From: Halothiobacillaceae bacterium
Lineage (GTDB): Bacteria; Pseudomonadota; Gammaproteobacteria; Halothiobacillales; Halothiobacillaceae
Direction: 5' to 3'
NCBI GenBank assembly: GCA_041676845.1
Contig: JBAYRD010000001.1
Location: 31,174 to 95,173, forward strand
Length of the DNA stretch: 64,000 bases
Shown: piece by piece, positions 10,357 through 22,000 of the stretch
Position numbering within the stretch: the first letter of the stretch is position 1
Layout: every line of letters begins with the position of its first letter
Position numbers and translations under genes: made by a program
The notes under the pieces: model-generated
The model's database searches: none
Told to the model about the DNA's origin: nothing
The model's input: only the letters and a program-made list of their open reading frames with translations

Positions 10357-11147
10357 GGCCGGGGCTTCCCGTGATCGTGGGCGACCGGCTCCCCGCCGAG
10401 GATGATTTGACCCATGGGACAGCCCTGGTCGTGTTGGCCGTACATCAGTGCCAGCATCTCGTCCGTGATTGTCGGGCCGTCACCACTGACCAGCCAGCGA
10501 TTGACGGCGATTACCTGCGAGACCGCTTGGCGGGTGATGCCAAGGTCGTGACTGACCATCACCCGCGTCAGCTCGTGGCCGAGGCTGTCGAGGGTCTCGT
10601 AAATACAGGCCCGGCCATAGGGATCGATGTTGGAGAAGGGTTCGTCGAGCAGCAGGAGTTCCGGTTCGGTGATCAGGGCTCGCGCGATCAGTACCCGTTG
10701 GCGTTGCCCGCCGGACAAGGCCCCGTAGAGTCGGTCGGCCAGCTCGATGATGCCGGTGCGGTCGAGAGCCTGCCGGGCACGCTCGCGTTCGTCGGCAAAA
10801 AACAGCGGGCCATGCCGGTGGTCATGCGGCAGCCCCATCAGCACTACCTGTTCGACCGTGGCCGGAAATCCGGGTGGCAGGTTGCCGTGTTGCGGGACGT
10901 AGCCGATTCGTTCCGGGTGGCTGCCGGGCCGGTCGCCGAATACGCGCACCTGACCGCGTTCAGGCCGATAGAGCCCCAGAATCAAGTGGAGCAGGGTGGT
11001 CTTGCCGCCGCCGTTGGGTCCTACGATCACGGTGAAGCTGCCGCGCGGGATGCGCAGATTGATGTCCTCCAGGATCGGCTCCCGGTCAAAGCGGAAAGCG
11101 ACCCCGTCGAGAGCGATGACATCCATTTCCGCCTCGGTTTTTCTCAT
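10353..11147 (-). CDS. znuC: Zn ABC transporter ATPase
   Basis: GPNGGGKTT Walker A, LSGGQRQR signature, LLLLDEP; start 11147 or 11126. Confidence 0.88.
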   Translation of the reverse strand: MRKTEAEMDVIALDGVAFRFDREPILEDINLRIPRGSFTVIVGPNGGGKTTLLHLILGLYRPERGQVRVFGDRPGSHPERIGYVPQHGNLPPGFPATVEQVVLMGLPHDHRHGPLFFADERERARQALDRTGIIELADRLYGALSGGQRQRVLIARALITEPELLLLDEPFSNIDPYGRACIYETLDSLGHELTRVMVSHDLGITRQAVSQVIAVNRWLVSGDGPTITDEMLALMYGQHDQGCPMGQIILGGEPVAHDHGKPRP

Positions 11148-11154
11148 GTCTTTC

Positions 11155-12075
11155 TCAGCGTCCCTGTGTTGTGGCGTCGAGCGTCTTGACCAAGGTATTG
11201 GCCAGGGTGGTGGCGATCGCCCGCATGCCTGCCGGCCAATCACGGGCCAACGGATCAAGCAGGATCACCTCGCCACCGATCTCCCGGGCGATGGTCCGGG
11301 CAGCAACCTGAGCGAACTGCGGTTCGATGAAAACCACTCGGATATTATCTTGGCGTGCCTGGTCGATGATCCGCGCCAGCTCGCGCGGACCAGGCTCCTT
11401 GCCCTCGACCTCGATCGCCATCTGTTCGAGCCCATAACTGGCGGCGAAATAACCGAAGGCCGGATGAAACACCAAAAAGCGTCGAGATGATGCCGGGATG
11501 TCGGCCAAGGCATCGAGGATGTCATGGTCGAGATTGTTGATCTCCTCGACGAGGTGACGAAAACCACGGTGGTAATCCGAGGTATGTGCCGGATCGGCTG
11601 CGATCAACGCGTCGCGGATCTCCTCGGCCTGCAGGCGCACCAGTGGCGGTGAGAGCCATACATGGGGGTCGAGAGCATCGCTGCCATCACCGTGATCGTG
11701 ATCATGGCTATGTCCATGCCCATGTTCTGGACTCATGGCGCGGCGCTGGATGCGGACCACCGTATCGATCACCGTCATGTCGGGATTGGCAGCCCGAAAG
11801 CGGGGCAGCCAGCCCTTTTCAAAGGGCACGCCAATTGCGAAATAAAGCTTCGCCTGCGACAGGGAACCCATCTGTCGTGGAGTCGGTTCGTAGGTAACCG
11901 GTTCGGCGTCCGGCGGCACCATGACCTGCACCGAGACATGCTCGCCGCCGATGGTCTCGACGAAATAGGCCAATGGCGGGATGGACACGGCGACCGGCAT
12001 GGCCGCGTACACTGGTGATGCCAACCCGAGGACGACCAGTAGTGCCAAGGAAAAGTTGCGGACGATCAACTGCAT
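11155..12075 (-). CDS. znuA: Zn ABC transporter substrate-binding protein
   Basis: Signal peptide, His-rich loop HGHGHSHDHDHG, DPHVWLSP and FHPAFGYF motifs. Confidence 0.88.
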   Translation of the reverse strand: MQLIVRNFSLALLVVLGLASPVYAAMPVAVSIPPLAYFVETIGGEHVSVQVMVPPDAEPVTYEPTPRQMGSLSQAKLYFAIGVPFEKGWLPRFRAANPDMTVIDTVVRIQRRAMSPEHGHGHSHDHDHGDGSDALDPHVWLSPPLVRLQAEEIRDALIAADPAHTSDYHRGFRHLVEEINNLDHDILDALADIPASSRRFLVFHPAFGYFAASYGLEQMAIEVEGKEPGPRELARIIDQARQDNIRVVFIEPQFAQVAARTIAREIGGEVILLDPLARDWPAGMRAIATTLANTLVKTLDATTQGR

Positions 12076-12112
12076 GCGTGCTGCTCCTTGCGGGCGAAGG
12101 TGGCCCTGAAAT

Positions 12113-12135
12113 GAAATGTTATTGTATAACATTTG
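12113..12135. promoter_or_regulatory. Zur box
   Basis: GAAATGTTATTGTATAACATTTG matches the proteobacterial Zur palindrome GAAATGTTATA-N-TATAACATTTC; 38 bp upstream of znuA. Confidence 0.9.
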
Positions 12136-12185
12136 CCACGGCGGCCGATCGCAAAAATCAAGGTTTGAAATTCAGAACTCTGAGC

Positions 12186-14162
12186 CTAACGGACTTTTCG
12201 CCGCCACCAGGAGCGCCAGCGCAGGCGTCGATGCAAGCTGGCCAGTTTCATCGCGAGCAGCCGTTCCTGCCGGCGGCTACTGTGCCGTGCATAGCGCTGT
12301 GTCACAAGCAGCGGTGCGATGTGGCTGAGATCGCTAGCCGCCCAGGGCAGGGCAGTAGCCGCACGGTTCAATAAAGCGCGCTCGGATTCATCCAGTCGGC
12401 GGATCACGCCCAGCCGGCGCAGTGCCTCCTGCAGGCATTCCCAGCGATAGTCGACCTCGCTGCCGGCCAGCCGGCGGCGTTCGCGGATCGACAACCACTT
12501 CAGCGTGCTCCACCAGGTCAGCCCTGCCAGGGCGATTGCCCAGAAGGCAGTCCACCACGGTCGGCTTGCCGATAACCCCAACCAGCCAAACAGCTTCAGC
12601 TGCAATCGGCCATCGTAGCCAAGCACGTACTGATTCCAGCGATTGTCGAGCTGTTCCGTCCAGAGACGAGCCAGTCGGTCGATCGATCCCGGGTCGCGTC
12701 GGACCAGGGCCGACAGGCTCTCGTCCGCGCGGATGGCATCGGCAACACCGGTCTCGATGCGCTCCGGGGCGATCACGGCGGTGGGATCAACCCGGATCCA
12801 GCCGCGGTCGGCCAGCCAGACCTCCGCCCAGGCATGGGCGTCGGACTGACGCACGACCAGGTAGTCACCCCTGACCTCGCCACCTTGATAACCGGTCACC
12901 ACCCGGGCCGGCACCTTGGCCGCACGCATCAGGCGGACGAAGGCATCGGCGTAGTCCGCGCAATAGCCGGCCCGGGTGTCGAACAGGAAGGCATCGGCGC
13001 GGTCACTGCCCTCGCGCCGCCCGGGCGAGCGCGTGTAGCGAAACGTGTTGTCACGAAAATAGCTCAATGCCCGCTCGATGCGCTTGCTCGGTGGCAGGTC
13101 ACGCCAGCCTCGGGCCAGGTCGGTCAACAAGGGATTGAGCCCACCGGTCCTGAGGTAGTAATCCTGACGGAAGCGAGACAGTTGGCCGACATCTAGCCGG
13201 TAGTCGGTGGCGGAGGTGACTGAATAGCGCAGGCGGTCATTGACCGGTTGCTGGCGGTGAATGATGAGGCTCGCATCCACATGGCTGCGGTTCGGGGCCT
13301 CGACCGGTGCGGCAAGACTGGGCAGCTGGCTGATCCCGGTCGGTTCGAGCGTGATCTCGTAACGGATCTCGGATGAGTCGATGGTTTCCAGACGGGGAGA
13401 ACGGCTGGCGGCGTCTGCGAGCCAGCTTTCGCGATCGTTTTCCACGAAACCGCTCATTACATAGACCCGCCAGTAACGTGCCTCGGGTGGAATCGGGTCT
13501 GCCTCGAAACGTACCCAGAACGCCGGGGCGGGGTTCTCGGCCAGGTGATCAAATTCTCCGGGCCGCATTTGTTCGGAAAGTCCTGTGAGCGCCTGACCGG
13601 CCGGTTGCTGTACTCCCCACAGGCCGCCGGGGGGCCGCGGGAACAGCACGAACAGGACCAGAGCGAAGGGCAGGCCGGCCAACAGCAAACGGCTGGCCTG
13701 CCGCATGCGCAACCCGATCGGCAGGTCGGTTGGTTGGCTGACGCCGATCCAGGCGCCGACCAGCAGCCAGAACAACAGCGCTACCAGGGCGAAGATCAGC
13801 GGGGCCTGGTCGAACAGCAGTACGGTGACCAGCAGAAAGAAAGTCAGCAGGAAGACGGTGTAGTGGTCACGAGCCTGGCGCGTCTCCAGCAGTTTCAGGC
13901 CGGCCGCCATCACCAGCAGTGTCCCGCCGGCGTCCCGTCCCCAGAAGGCATGGAACTGGGACAGCACCAGGACGAAGCTGGCCAGGGCCAGCAACAGCAA
14001 CAACGGCTTTATCGGCAGCGGCCAGCCTCGAACCTCATGGAGTCGCCGCCAGATCAGCGCGACCAGCAGCAGCGGGATCACGGTTATCGGCAGATGGGGC
14101 AACAGCAGACCGATCGCGCCGATCAACACCAGCCAGAGGAGTGGGTCGAGCCGCTGTGTCAT
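12186..14162 (-). CDS. DUF3488/transglutaminase membrane protein (TgpA-like)
   Basis: N-terminal TM block; catalytic GYCADYA, HAWAEVW and W..VDPT motifs. Confidence 0.9.
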   Translation of the reverse strand: MTQRLDPLLWLVLIGAIGLLLPHLPITVIPLLLVALIWRRLHEVRGWPLPIKPLLLLLALASFVLVLSQFHAFWGRDAGGTLLVMAAGLKLLETRQARDHYTVFLLTFFLLVTVLLFDQAPLIFALVALLFWLLVGAWIGVSQPTDLPIGLRMRQASRLLLAGLPFALVLFVLFPRPPGGLWGVQQPAGQALTGLSEQMRPGEFDHLAENPAPAFWVRFEADPIPPEARYWRVYVMSGFVENDRESWLADAASRSPRLETIDSSEIRYEITLEPTGISQLPSLAAPVEAPNRSHVDASLIIHRQQPVNDRLRYSVTSATDYRLDVGQLSRFRQDYYLRTGGLNPLLTDLARGWRDLPPSKRIERALSYFRDNTFRYTRSPGRREGSDRADAFLFDTRAGYCADYADAFVRLMRAAKVPARVVTGYQGGEVRGDYLVVRQSDAHAWAEVWLADRGWIRVDPTAVIAPERIETGVADAIRADESLSALVRRDPGSIDRLARLWTEQLDNRWNQYVLGYDGRLQLKLFGWLGLSASRPWWTAFWAIALAGLTWWSTLKWLSIRERRRLAGSEVDYRWECLQEALRRLGVIRRLDESERALLNRAATALPWAASDLSHIAPLLVTQRYARHSSRRQERLLAMKLASLHRRLRWRSWWRRKVR

Positions 14163-15109
14163 GCCTGCTCCCCCGAGTCGGTCGGCAGGAGATCGAAGCC
14201 ATCGGCATCCCGCAGCCGCCCGGCACGTGCCAGCAGCCTGAGTGCCTGGCGTAACTGTCCTGCGTCATCGACTCCGGTTGCGCCGACCGGCGGATGGTCG
14301 GGCAGGCACAGGGTCCAGGGTTCGTTGGCTTGCGACAGGGCCAACAGGCGTTGCGTCATGGCTGACAGTCGAGTTTCTCGCGAGCCGAGGTAATGATCGT
14401 AGTTGATCACGGTCGGTTCGACGGGATGCGGTTCGCTCTCGGCCTGGCGGCTGACCAGGCGGCCGGTCTTGGCGTAGTGACGAAAGACGATTCCCCGCAG
14501 GGGGTCGCCCGGTTGGTAGTCCCGCAGCCGGGTCGGGTCTCCAGCCGTGGCGTCATGGCTGCCGCTGTCGCTGACGTGGCCCGGGCTGGCGTCCTGACGG
14601 GGACCTTCGACCGGAGCCGGGTGCAGCCATTGGCCGATCCCGGGCCTGTAGTGGCGTTCCACTCTCCACAGGCCAAGCGGATAGCCGGTGCGCAGCGTCA
14701 CAGCGGGCAGCGGCAGGTAGCCGCGTGGAGCGGCTGGCAGGTTGATCTGAGTGCTTGTTCGCTCCCCGGGGGACAGGATTGTGGTCACCGCGGGAAGGTT
14801 TCCGCCGAGAGACAGCTGCAGAGCCGGCAGCCCCGGGCGGCTGACGAGATTCACCGTCAGCTCACCACGCGTATTGGCGGAGCGCATCGAGGGAGGCAGT
14901 GCCTGGATCTGCACCGAGGCAAGTGCCCGCCAACCCTGCCAGGCGCTATTGATCATCAGCGCCAGCATGACGAAGGCGAGCAGGAAGATCAGATTGTTGC
15001 CGTAATTGATGGCCGCAAGCAGCATCGCCACGGTAACGGCCAGCACCCCGAGGCCAAAGCGACGGGGGCGGATGCGCAGGGGCGTGAGGTTGCCGTTATC
15101 CATGTCCAT
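14159..15109 (-). CDS. DUF58 family protein
   Basis: AAINYGNNL and LRDYQPGD motifs; lies between MoxR and the transglutaminase. Confidence 0.88.
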   Translation of the reverse strand: MDMDNGNLTPLRIRPRRFGLGVLAVTVAMLLAAINYGNNLIFLLAFVMLALMINSAWQGWRALASVQIQALPPSMRSANTRGELTVNLVSRPGLPALQLSLGGNLPAVTTILSPGERTSTQINLPAAPRGYLPLPAVTLRTGYPLGLWRVERHYRPGIGQWLHPAPVEGPRQDASPGHVSDSGSHDATAGDPTRLRDYQPGDPLRGIVFRHYAKTGRLVSRQAESEPHPVEPTVINYDHYLGSRETRLSAMTQRLLALSQANEPWTLCLPDHPPVGATGVDDAGQLRQALRLLARAGRLRDADGFDLLPTDSGEQA

Positions 15110-15157
15110 GAGGTCGGGCGATTCAGAGCGCGGCCCAGGCGGACCAGAGCGCCCAGA

Positions 15158-16099
15158 TCAGGGCGCCGGCACCCGCTCGAGCAGGAGACTGGCGGCATCG
15201 CGGCCGTCGTAATCGATCAGGCCGACCCGGTGGTTGGTCAGCTCCGGGAGAACGGCCTGTATGTCGTCGGGCAGGACGTGGTCACGCTGCTCGATCAGTG
15301 CCCGGGCCCGGGCGAGGTTGAGCAGCATCAAGCCGGCCCGCGGGGACAGGCCGACGCGGAATTCGGGCGCCTCGCGACTGACCGCCAGCAACGATTGCAC
15401 GTAGTCGATCAGCCGTGCGGCCACATGGATATTGGCGGCCTGCTCGCGCAGCTGCTGCAGGCCAGCGGCGTCGATCACGGGCGTCACCTGGTCAAGATGG
15501 GCCCGCCCGCCGCCGGAGCGCAGCATCTGGCGCTCGGTCTCGGCATCCGGATAGCCCAGACGGATCACCATGGCGAAACGATCGAGCTGCGATTCCGGCA
15601 AGGGGTAGGTGCCGGCCTGCTCCAGCGGGTTCTGCGTGGCGATCACGAAAAACACGTTTGGCAGCGGGTAGCGTTTGCCGTCGACCGTGACCTGGCGTTC
15701 CTCCATCGCTTCGAGCAGGGCGCTCTGCACCTTCGGAGGGGCGCGGTTGATCTCGTCGGCCAACAGCATCTGCGTGAATACCGGCCCGGGCATGAAGCGA
15801 AAGCCGCTTTCGCCGCCTGGTTGGCCCGGCATGAACACCGAACTGCCGACCACATCGGCGGGTAGCATGTCGGCGGTGAACTGCAGGCGTTTGAACGATA
15901 GACCCAGCACCGTGGCCAACGTGTGCGCGAGGGTGGTCTTGCCCAGCCCCGGCAAGTCCTCGATCAGCAAATGGCCACCGGCGAGGATGCAAGTCAGGGC
16001 CTGGCGGATTGCGGGGCGCTGGCCGACGACCACCTGAGCTGTGGCGTCAATAATGGTCGGGCAGATCCGGGCATCCACGGAAGTCTCGAGGGCGGTCAT
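15158..16099 (-). CDS. MoxR-family AAA+ ATPase
   Basis: [28 protein letters not shown] and [11 protein letters not shown] motifs. Confidence 0.93.
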   Translation of the reverse strand: MTALETSVDARICPTIIDATAQVVVGQRPAIRQALTCILAGGHLLIEDLPGLGKTTLAHTLATVLGLSFKRLQFTADMLPADVVGSSVFMPGQPGGESGFRFMPGPVFTQMLLADEINRAPPKVQSALLEAMEERQVTVDGKRYPLPNVFFVIATQNPLEQAGTYPLPESQLDRFAMVIRLGYPDAETERQMLRSGGGRAHLDQVTPVIDAAGLQQLREQAANIHVAARLIDYVQSLLAVSREAPEFRVGLSPRAGLMLLNLARARALIEQRDHVLPDDIQAVLPELTNHRVGLIDYDGRDAASLLLERVPAP

Positions 16100-16174
16100 C
16101 AACGGCGTCCTTGGGCGAGTTTGGCGCGGTAGGCATCCAGTGCGTCCAGCAGAGTTGGGGGGTGACAAGGAGAT

Positions 16175-16543
16175 TTAAAACAGCACCAGCAGGCTGGCGC
16201 GGCGCAATTCAGAGGCGAGTACGGTGTATGTGCGCAGGGCGGCGGCGGTGCCCATGTACTCGATACCGACACCTCGTTGCATCAAGGCTGCGGAAACTGC
16301 CGGTGGCCCCATCCGGGTGTGGCTGCCGGTGCCGACGATAACCACTTCCGGGTCGTCGCGCAGCAGCAATGATTCTCCCTGCGTTGCCAGGCCGTCGAGG
16401 TCATCGATCGGCAGTTCGGTCTCGAGTCGCTCTGGCGTGATCAGAAAGCTCGCTTCGAGCCGCTGGTCGTTGACCATCACATGGGTTTCGGAAAAGCTGC
16501 GGATCACGAAGTTGCGGCCGCGATCGTCCTCGGTCAAGCGCAT
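16175..16543 (-). CDS. Mth938-like (DUF498) protein
   Basis: PEVVIVGTG...GIEYMGTAAALRTYTVL motif. Confidence 0.85.
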   Translation of the reverse strand: MRLTEDDRGRNFVIRSFSETHVMVNDQRLEASFLITPERLETELPIDDLDGLATQGESLLLRDDPEVVIVGTGSHTRMGPPAVSAALMQRGVGIEYMGTAAALRTYTVLASELRRASLLVLF

Positions 16544-16665
16544 GGCGTCAGTCCCTCGGCGTGAATCTGGAGGCAGGAGCTTGGGGAGCTCTGCACGATT
16601 CGATGGCGCCTCTGCGGGGCCGCCAAGGGCCCAGATGCAAGGCGCAAGCTACAGTGAATGGCCCC

Positions 16666-19011
16666 TTAGCCTAATGGGTCGTCCGCTCCGGCGCCACTGC
16701 CGGCTGCACTCGTCAGGCGATGCACGAGCCGGCGACGCAGGTTGCCCGACCGACGGGTGACGCTGGTGACCGCGCTGGCCAGGACCGCTTGGGCCTGTCG
16801 GGTCGCGTTATCCGATGCCCCGCCAGCCTCGTTGCCCGTTGGCGAGACCAGCGTGAAGCGGCGGCGCGCACGGGTGATTGCAGTGTAGAGCAGCTCACGG
16901 GTCAGAATCGGGTTGGGGCGTGCGGGCATGACCATCGCGACCTGCGTGAATTCGGAGCCCTGCGACTTGTGGACCGTCAGCGCGAACGCCGTCTCGGCGT
17001 CGGGCAGGCGGGTCGGGCTGATCCAGCGGAAACGGCGCTGGTCATCTGGGTCAGCGGGGAATACCACCCGCAGGCTGTTGCTCCCATCGGGCAGTCGGGT
17101 GGGCAGGGTCAGGCCCATGTCACCGTTGGCCAGCCTCAGCTGGGCGTCGTTGCGGGTGACGATCACCGGGCGCCCGGCGTACCAGCTGGCAGGTCGTGGC
17201 CCGGATTGTCGCCCGGCACGCAGCCCGGATCTAGGCCCAGCCTGTGGTCTCGGCAGCAGGTCCTCGCGGGCGAGGCGATCACGAATACGCAGATTCAGCC
17301 CTTCCACTCCCGAGTTGCCGCGGCGCAGTGCGCAGAGCACCTGAAAATCATTATGCCGCTCAAAGAGGTCGGCCACGGCAGCCTCGTCGTTCGGGCAATC
17401 TGGATCGAAGCCCGCTGGCTGCGCGGCAATAATCGACAGCCAGGGGCGTAACCCCTCGACTATCCGGCGGCTGAATGCGGCCGCGGCGTCATGGCCCGGG
17501 TGACCGTCCAGTCGGTCGCCCGAGTAGTCGCCCAAATAATTGTCGAGATCATCCAGCAGCCAGTCGATCCCGGCTGTCTCCCAAGCCGTCTCTCTGGCCA
17601 TCTCTCTGGCCGCCTCCCCGGACACGTCCGGCCTGCCCAACGCCCTGGTCGCGGCAGCCACGTCACCATTATTGACTGCACGGGCAAGCCCGCCGATAGC
17701 GCTGTCTGCGCCGAAACGATAGGAAACGCGCAAGATCGCGATCCGTGCATGGATCGGGTTGGCGGAGTGCTGCTCACCAACGGGGAGCGGCTCGCCGCTG
17801 GCCACCTCGAGGTAAGCGCGTAGTGGGGCCGGATAGCTGGCCTGTTCGGCATCGTGGCAGAGCTCGCCCAGCACCGCCCCCGCCTCCACCGAGGCCAGCT
17901 GATCCTTGTCGCCCAGTATCACCAGTCGGCAATTGGCGGGCAAAGCGTCGACTAGCTGGCTCATCAGCTCCACGCCGACCATGGAGGCCTCATCGACCAC
18001 GACGATGTCGAGATCGAGCGGATTGTCCTGATGGTGGCGCGGTCTTGCCGCCAGCGGACGGGTGCCGATCAGTCGGTGGATGGTGTGAACCTGGTCGGGC
18101 AGCTGCGCTGCCACGTCCGACCAATGCGCATCGGGAAACCCCTCGGTCTTGATGGAGGCGATCTCGCGCACCTTGTCGCCGATCGATTCGGCCAGTCGCG
18201 CGGCGGCCTTGCCGGTGGGTGCGCAGAGCGCAATCCGTGGCAGGGCGCTGTTTTCATCATCGAGATGCAACGAAGTCAACGCCGCCAGCAGGCGCACTAC
18301 CGTGGTGGTCTTGCCGGTGCCAGGTCCGCCGGTGATGATCGAAAACGGTTGTCGTGCCGCCAGGGCGCAGGCGACCTTTTGCCAGTTAATGGACGTCTCA
18401 TCACCCCTTGCGTTTCTTGAGGGAAATAGCGGGTCGAGCACGCGCCGAACCGCATCGGCCGCCGGGATGTCCATTTGGCCACCTGCAGCCAGCCCGGCGG
18501 CAACACGGCCCTCGACCTGCCAATAACGACGCAGATAGAGCTGGGGACGATCATTCCCGGCCAGCACCAACGGGCGACCGTCAGTATCACCCGCATCGTC
18601 GATCCAACCAAGACTATGCACCGCCGGATGCTCGGCTAGTGCCTGCTGCCAAGTGGTCAGGTCAAGCCCGGCGAAGACGGTGGCGGGCGTGTCGACGTTC
18701 AGTGGCCCTGGTCCGGTTGGCTCGGCTGGCGGCATACGCAGGGTAAAGTCAGGATTGGCCAGCACCTCGGCGAGATCAAGGCAGACATGCCCGGCACCGG
18801 CTTGATGGCTGGCGAGCACGGCGGCGATCATCGCCAGTGGCGAGTTGTCGGATGAACTGCTGGGCGAGTTGCCAAGTGATTGGCTCGGTGAGCGCGTGTC
18901 GAGGAAATCAGCCACAGCGGAGTCGATTGGCCGCAGCCAGCCGATCGCGACCCAGCGGTCGAGCAGCACACGCAGGGCCGTGCTGTCGGTCAGGGCGGGG
19001 TGCCGGTTCAT
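16666..19011 (-). CDS. recD: Exodeoxyribonuclease V alpha subunit
   Basis: TGGPGTGKTT, VVDEASMV, GDKDQL and TVHKSQGSEF motifs. Confidence 0.95.
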   Translation of the reverse strand: MNRHPALTDSTALRVLLDRWVAIGWLRPIDSAVADFLDTRSPSQSLGNSPSSSSDNSPLAMIAAVLASHQAGAGHVCLDLAEVLANPDFTLRMPPAEPTGPGPLNVDTPATVFAGLDLTTWQQALAEHPAVHSLGWIDDAGDTDGRPLVLAGNDRPQLYLRRYWQVEGRVAAGLAAGGQMDIPAADAVRRVLDPLFPSRNARGDETSINWQKVACALAARQPFSIITGGPGTGKTTTVVRLLAALTSLHLDDENSALPRIALCAPTGKAAARLAESIGDKVREIASIKTEGFPDAHWSDVAAQLPDQVHTIHRLIGTRPLAARPRHHQDNPLDLDIVVVDEASMVGVELMSQLVDALPANCRLVILGDKDQLASVEAGAVLGELCHDAEQASYPAPLRAYLEVASGEPLPVGEQHSANPIHARIAILRVSYRFGADSAIGGLARAVNNGDVAAATRALGRPDVSGEAAREMARETAWETAGIDWLLDDLDNYLGDYSGDRLDGHPGHDAAAAFSRRIVEGLRPWLSIIAAQPAGFDPDCPNDEAAVADLFERHNDFQVLCALRRGNSGVEGLNLRIRDRLAREDLLPRPQAGPRSGLRAGRQSGPRPASWYAGRPVIVTRNDAQLRLANGDMGLTLPTRLPDGSNSLRVVFPADPDDQRRFRWISPTRLPDAETAFALTVHKSQGSEFTQVAMVMPARPNPILTRELLYTAITRARRRFTLVSPTGNEAGGASDNATRQAQAVLASAVTSVTRRSGNLRRRLVHRLTSAAGSGAGADDPLG

Positions 19012-22000
19012 GCGAGCTCCTCCAGGGTTCCGGTAAAGAGCGCGTCGAGTGCCTCGATCAAGCCACGGTCGGGACGACAGGTATACACGCCGGCATTGCT
19101 GGTCGTCCCGTCGGCCGCCTCGATGCCGCGCAGGAATACATAGACCGCTCCGCCGATGTGACGGTCATAGTCGTAATCCGGCAACCTGTCGGTCAGATGT
19201 CTATGCAAGGCAACGAGATATAGCGCGAACTGCAAGTCGTATCGAGATAAAAGCACGGCGCGTTCCAGCGCTGCGGGGCTGTAGGCGGCCGCGTTTGGCC
19301 CCAGCCAGTTGGATTTCCAGTCGATCAGATAATAGCGGCCGTCGTGTTCCACGGTGAGGTCGATGAAGCCCTTGAGCATGCCGTTGATCGCCTGAGCGGA
19401 CAGGGCCGGACGTGGCTGCCCCGCGGCGATGTGCTCGCGGATCAGCCGGTCGAGTCTGCCGGAGTCGGCCGCCTCCACGGTCAGCCAGAACTCCATCTCC
19501 ACCTGGAAACGGGACAGCTCGGAGAGCGCCATTGGCTGGTTACCCTCCGGCACTTGCCAGCGGGTGAGCAGCAGCCTGTCGAGCCAGCTGGCCATCACGT
19601 CAATCTGTGCCTGGTCGAGTCCACGCAGGCCGGGATGGATCGAGCGGGTCAGCAGTTGGCGGATGCGCTCGGGTTGACCGGCGTAGTGGGCAAAGCCCTC
19701 GGCGGCGATGGCTTCGATCAGGTCATGTAGCAAGGTGCCGATCTGCGCCCCGCGCGGCAGGGCGTGGATGCCCTCGGCCACGACCGGTTGCACGCGCTCC
19801 TCAGTGACCGCGGCCTCGAGCATTTCCGTTTCCAGACGGATCTCGTCGCGAGCCTCCTCCGGGGCGGGCAGCGGGCTGGCGTATCCGACCGAAGCGGTCA
19901 AGGCGGAAAAGCTGGAGATCCACCACGGCTCGAAGACACCAAAGCTGGCTTGTCGCGGGCCGATCAGTGCTGGTTCCGCTGGCGGGGTAAAGCGGTGTTC
20001 CTGCCGATCGCGCGGCTCGGGGACGGTTTCGATACGGATACCCGGATCCTCATCCCATGGGGACAGCTGATCCAGATAGGCGGCATGATCGCAGGAATCG
20101 CTTGGATCGAACCCCAGGAATTGGCCGAAGGCGGTCTTGCCGGGATTGAAGCTGTTCGCCTTGCCGATCTTCACCGGGCCGGCACCGAGGTAACAGGCAT
20201 ATTCGGCCCGCGTCATGGCGACATAGAGCAGGCGGATGGATTCCGCCAGCGATTCGCGTGCCGCCTGCTTGGCCGTCAGCTCATCAGGCTCCATGTCCCA
20301 GACGGCCAGGTCGTGTCGATGGCGTCGGCGGGGCTTCGCGCCATCTTTCCTGTCATTGCCCAGCAGGCAGATGAATGGCAGGAAGACCACCGGATACTGC
20401 AGCCCTTTCGAACCGTGAATGGTCGCTATCCGCACCATTTCGCTGTCTTGTTCGAGCCGGATTTCCTCCTGCTGTTCCACCCCCTCGGTTATCGCCTGGT
20501 GCAACCGATGGATCAGGGCGCTCTCGCCATCGACGTCGTGATCTGCCTGTTGCAGCCATTCGGCCAGGTGCAGCAGGTTGGTGAGACGCCGTTCACCGCG
20601 TCGTGTCTCACGCTCTTTCGCGGCGAGCAGGCGAGCCGGGATGGCGAAATGGTGGAGCAGTGCCATGATTGCGGCGAGCACACCCTGTGATCGCCAGGTC
20701 CGGTGCCACTGGTGGAATCGCTGGCAGACGGCATCGAAGGCCACCTCGTCGCGCAACAGGCCCTCGAGCTGATCCAGTGGCAGGGCGAAGCTGGTGGTGG
20801 CGACGGCCAGACGGATACGGTCGCTGCGCTCGGGTTCGGCCAACGCCTCCAGCCAGAGGAGCAGATCGGCAGCCTCGGTGGAATCGAACACGGAGGAACG
20901 CTCCGAGAGGAACACGGCGGGCACGCCGAAGTCGGCCAGCACCCGACGCATCGTCTTGCCTTCCTCCTGGTTTCGCACCAGCACGGCGATGTCGCGCGGC
21001 TCGATGCCGGTACGGTCGCCATCGGCGGATTCGAAACCATATTGACTGAGCTGGCCGGCGTTGAGCATCGCGGCGATCTCACCGGCGGTGCGGACCGCCA
21101 GTTCGCTACGGAAGGCACCCGCGTTCCATTCCTCTTCCTCGGGCGAGATCCAGGCGGTCAGGGCCGGAACTTCTTCGCCCGCCCGCTCATCAACCAGCCG
21201 CGTATCTTTGCCCTCGGCCTCCACGGGCGTGAAAGGCAGGGGCGTCTCGCTGCCGTCGGTCGCAAAGCGAAAAGCTCCTTCCGGGTGCTGGTCGGCCAGC
21301 TCGAAGATGTGATTGACCGCGTCGACCAGCGCCTTGGTGGAGCGGTAGTTGCGCGGCAGGCTGGCATGTCGTCCCGTAGTCGCTCGGCGGGCGGTCAGGT
21401 AGCTGTGAATATCCGCGCCGCGGAAGCTGTAGATCGCCTGCTTGGGATCGCCGATCAGCACGATCGCATGCTCATCGGAGGTCGGTGCCTCGTCGCCGAG
21501 CGGGTAGATGGCGGAGAAGATGGCGTATTGCAGTGGATCGGTGTCCTGGAACTCGTCGATCAGGGCGACCGGATACTGAGCGCGGACCGCCTCGATCATG
21601 CCATGGGCATTGGGGTTGCTGCGCGTATCGACCGCCTCGCGCATCTGGATCAGCATGTCCTCGAAACCGATCGACCGACTGCCGGCGAGCAGGGTCGCGA
21701 TGCGTTCGCGGATCCACAGAGCGGCGAAGGCATTGATGACCGGCTTGATCGCATCCAGCTCCTTCCCGACCTGTTCGGCGGCCGCATGCCAGCGGCCAAT
21801 CTGATTGAGGGCCGGGTGCGTCGGTGGCTCCCATTTCGCTTTCATGCGTGGTTCGGCAAGTTTTTCACGTGATTTGTCGTCCAGTTCCGCCCCGCCCCGG
21901 GCCCAGGCGTCGATGCCGGCGAGCCAGTCCGACAAGCTCTCGGCTGTTTTTGCTTCACGATGAGTGGTGCGATTCAGCCCGTCGCGCTTTTCCTGCCACA

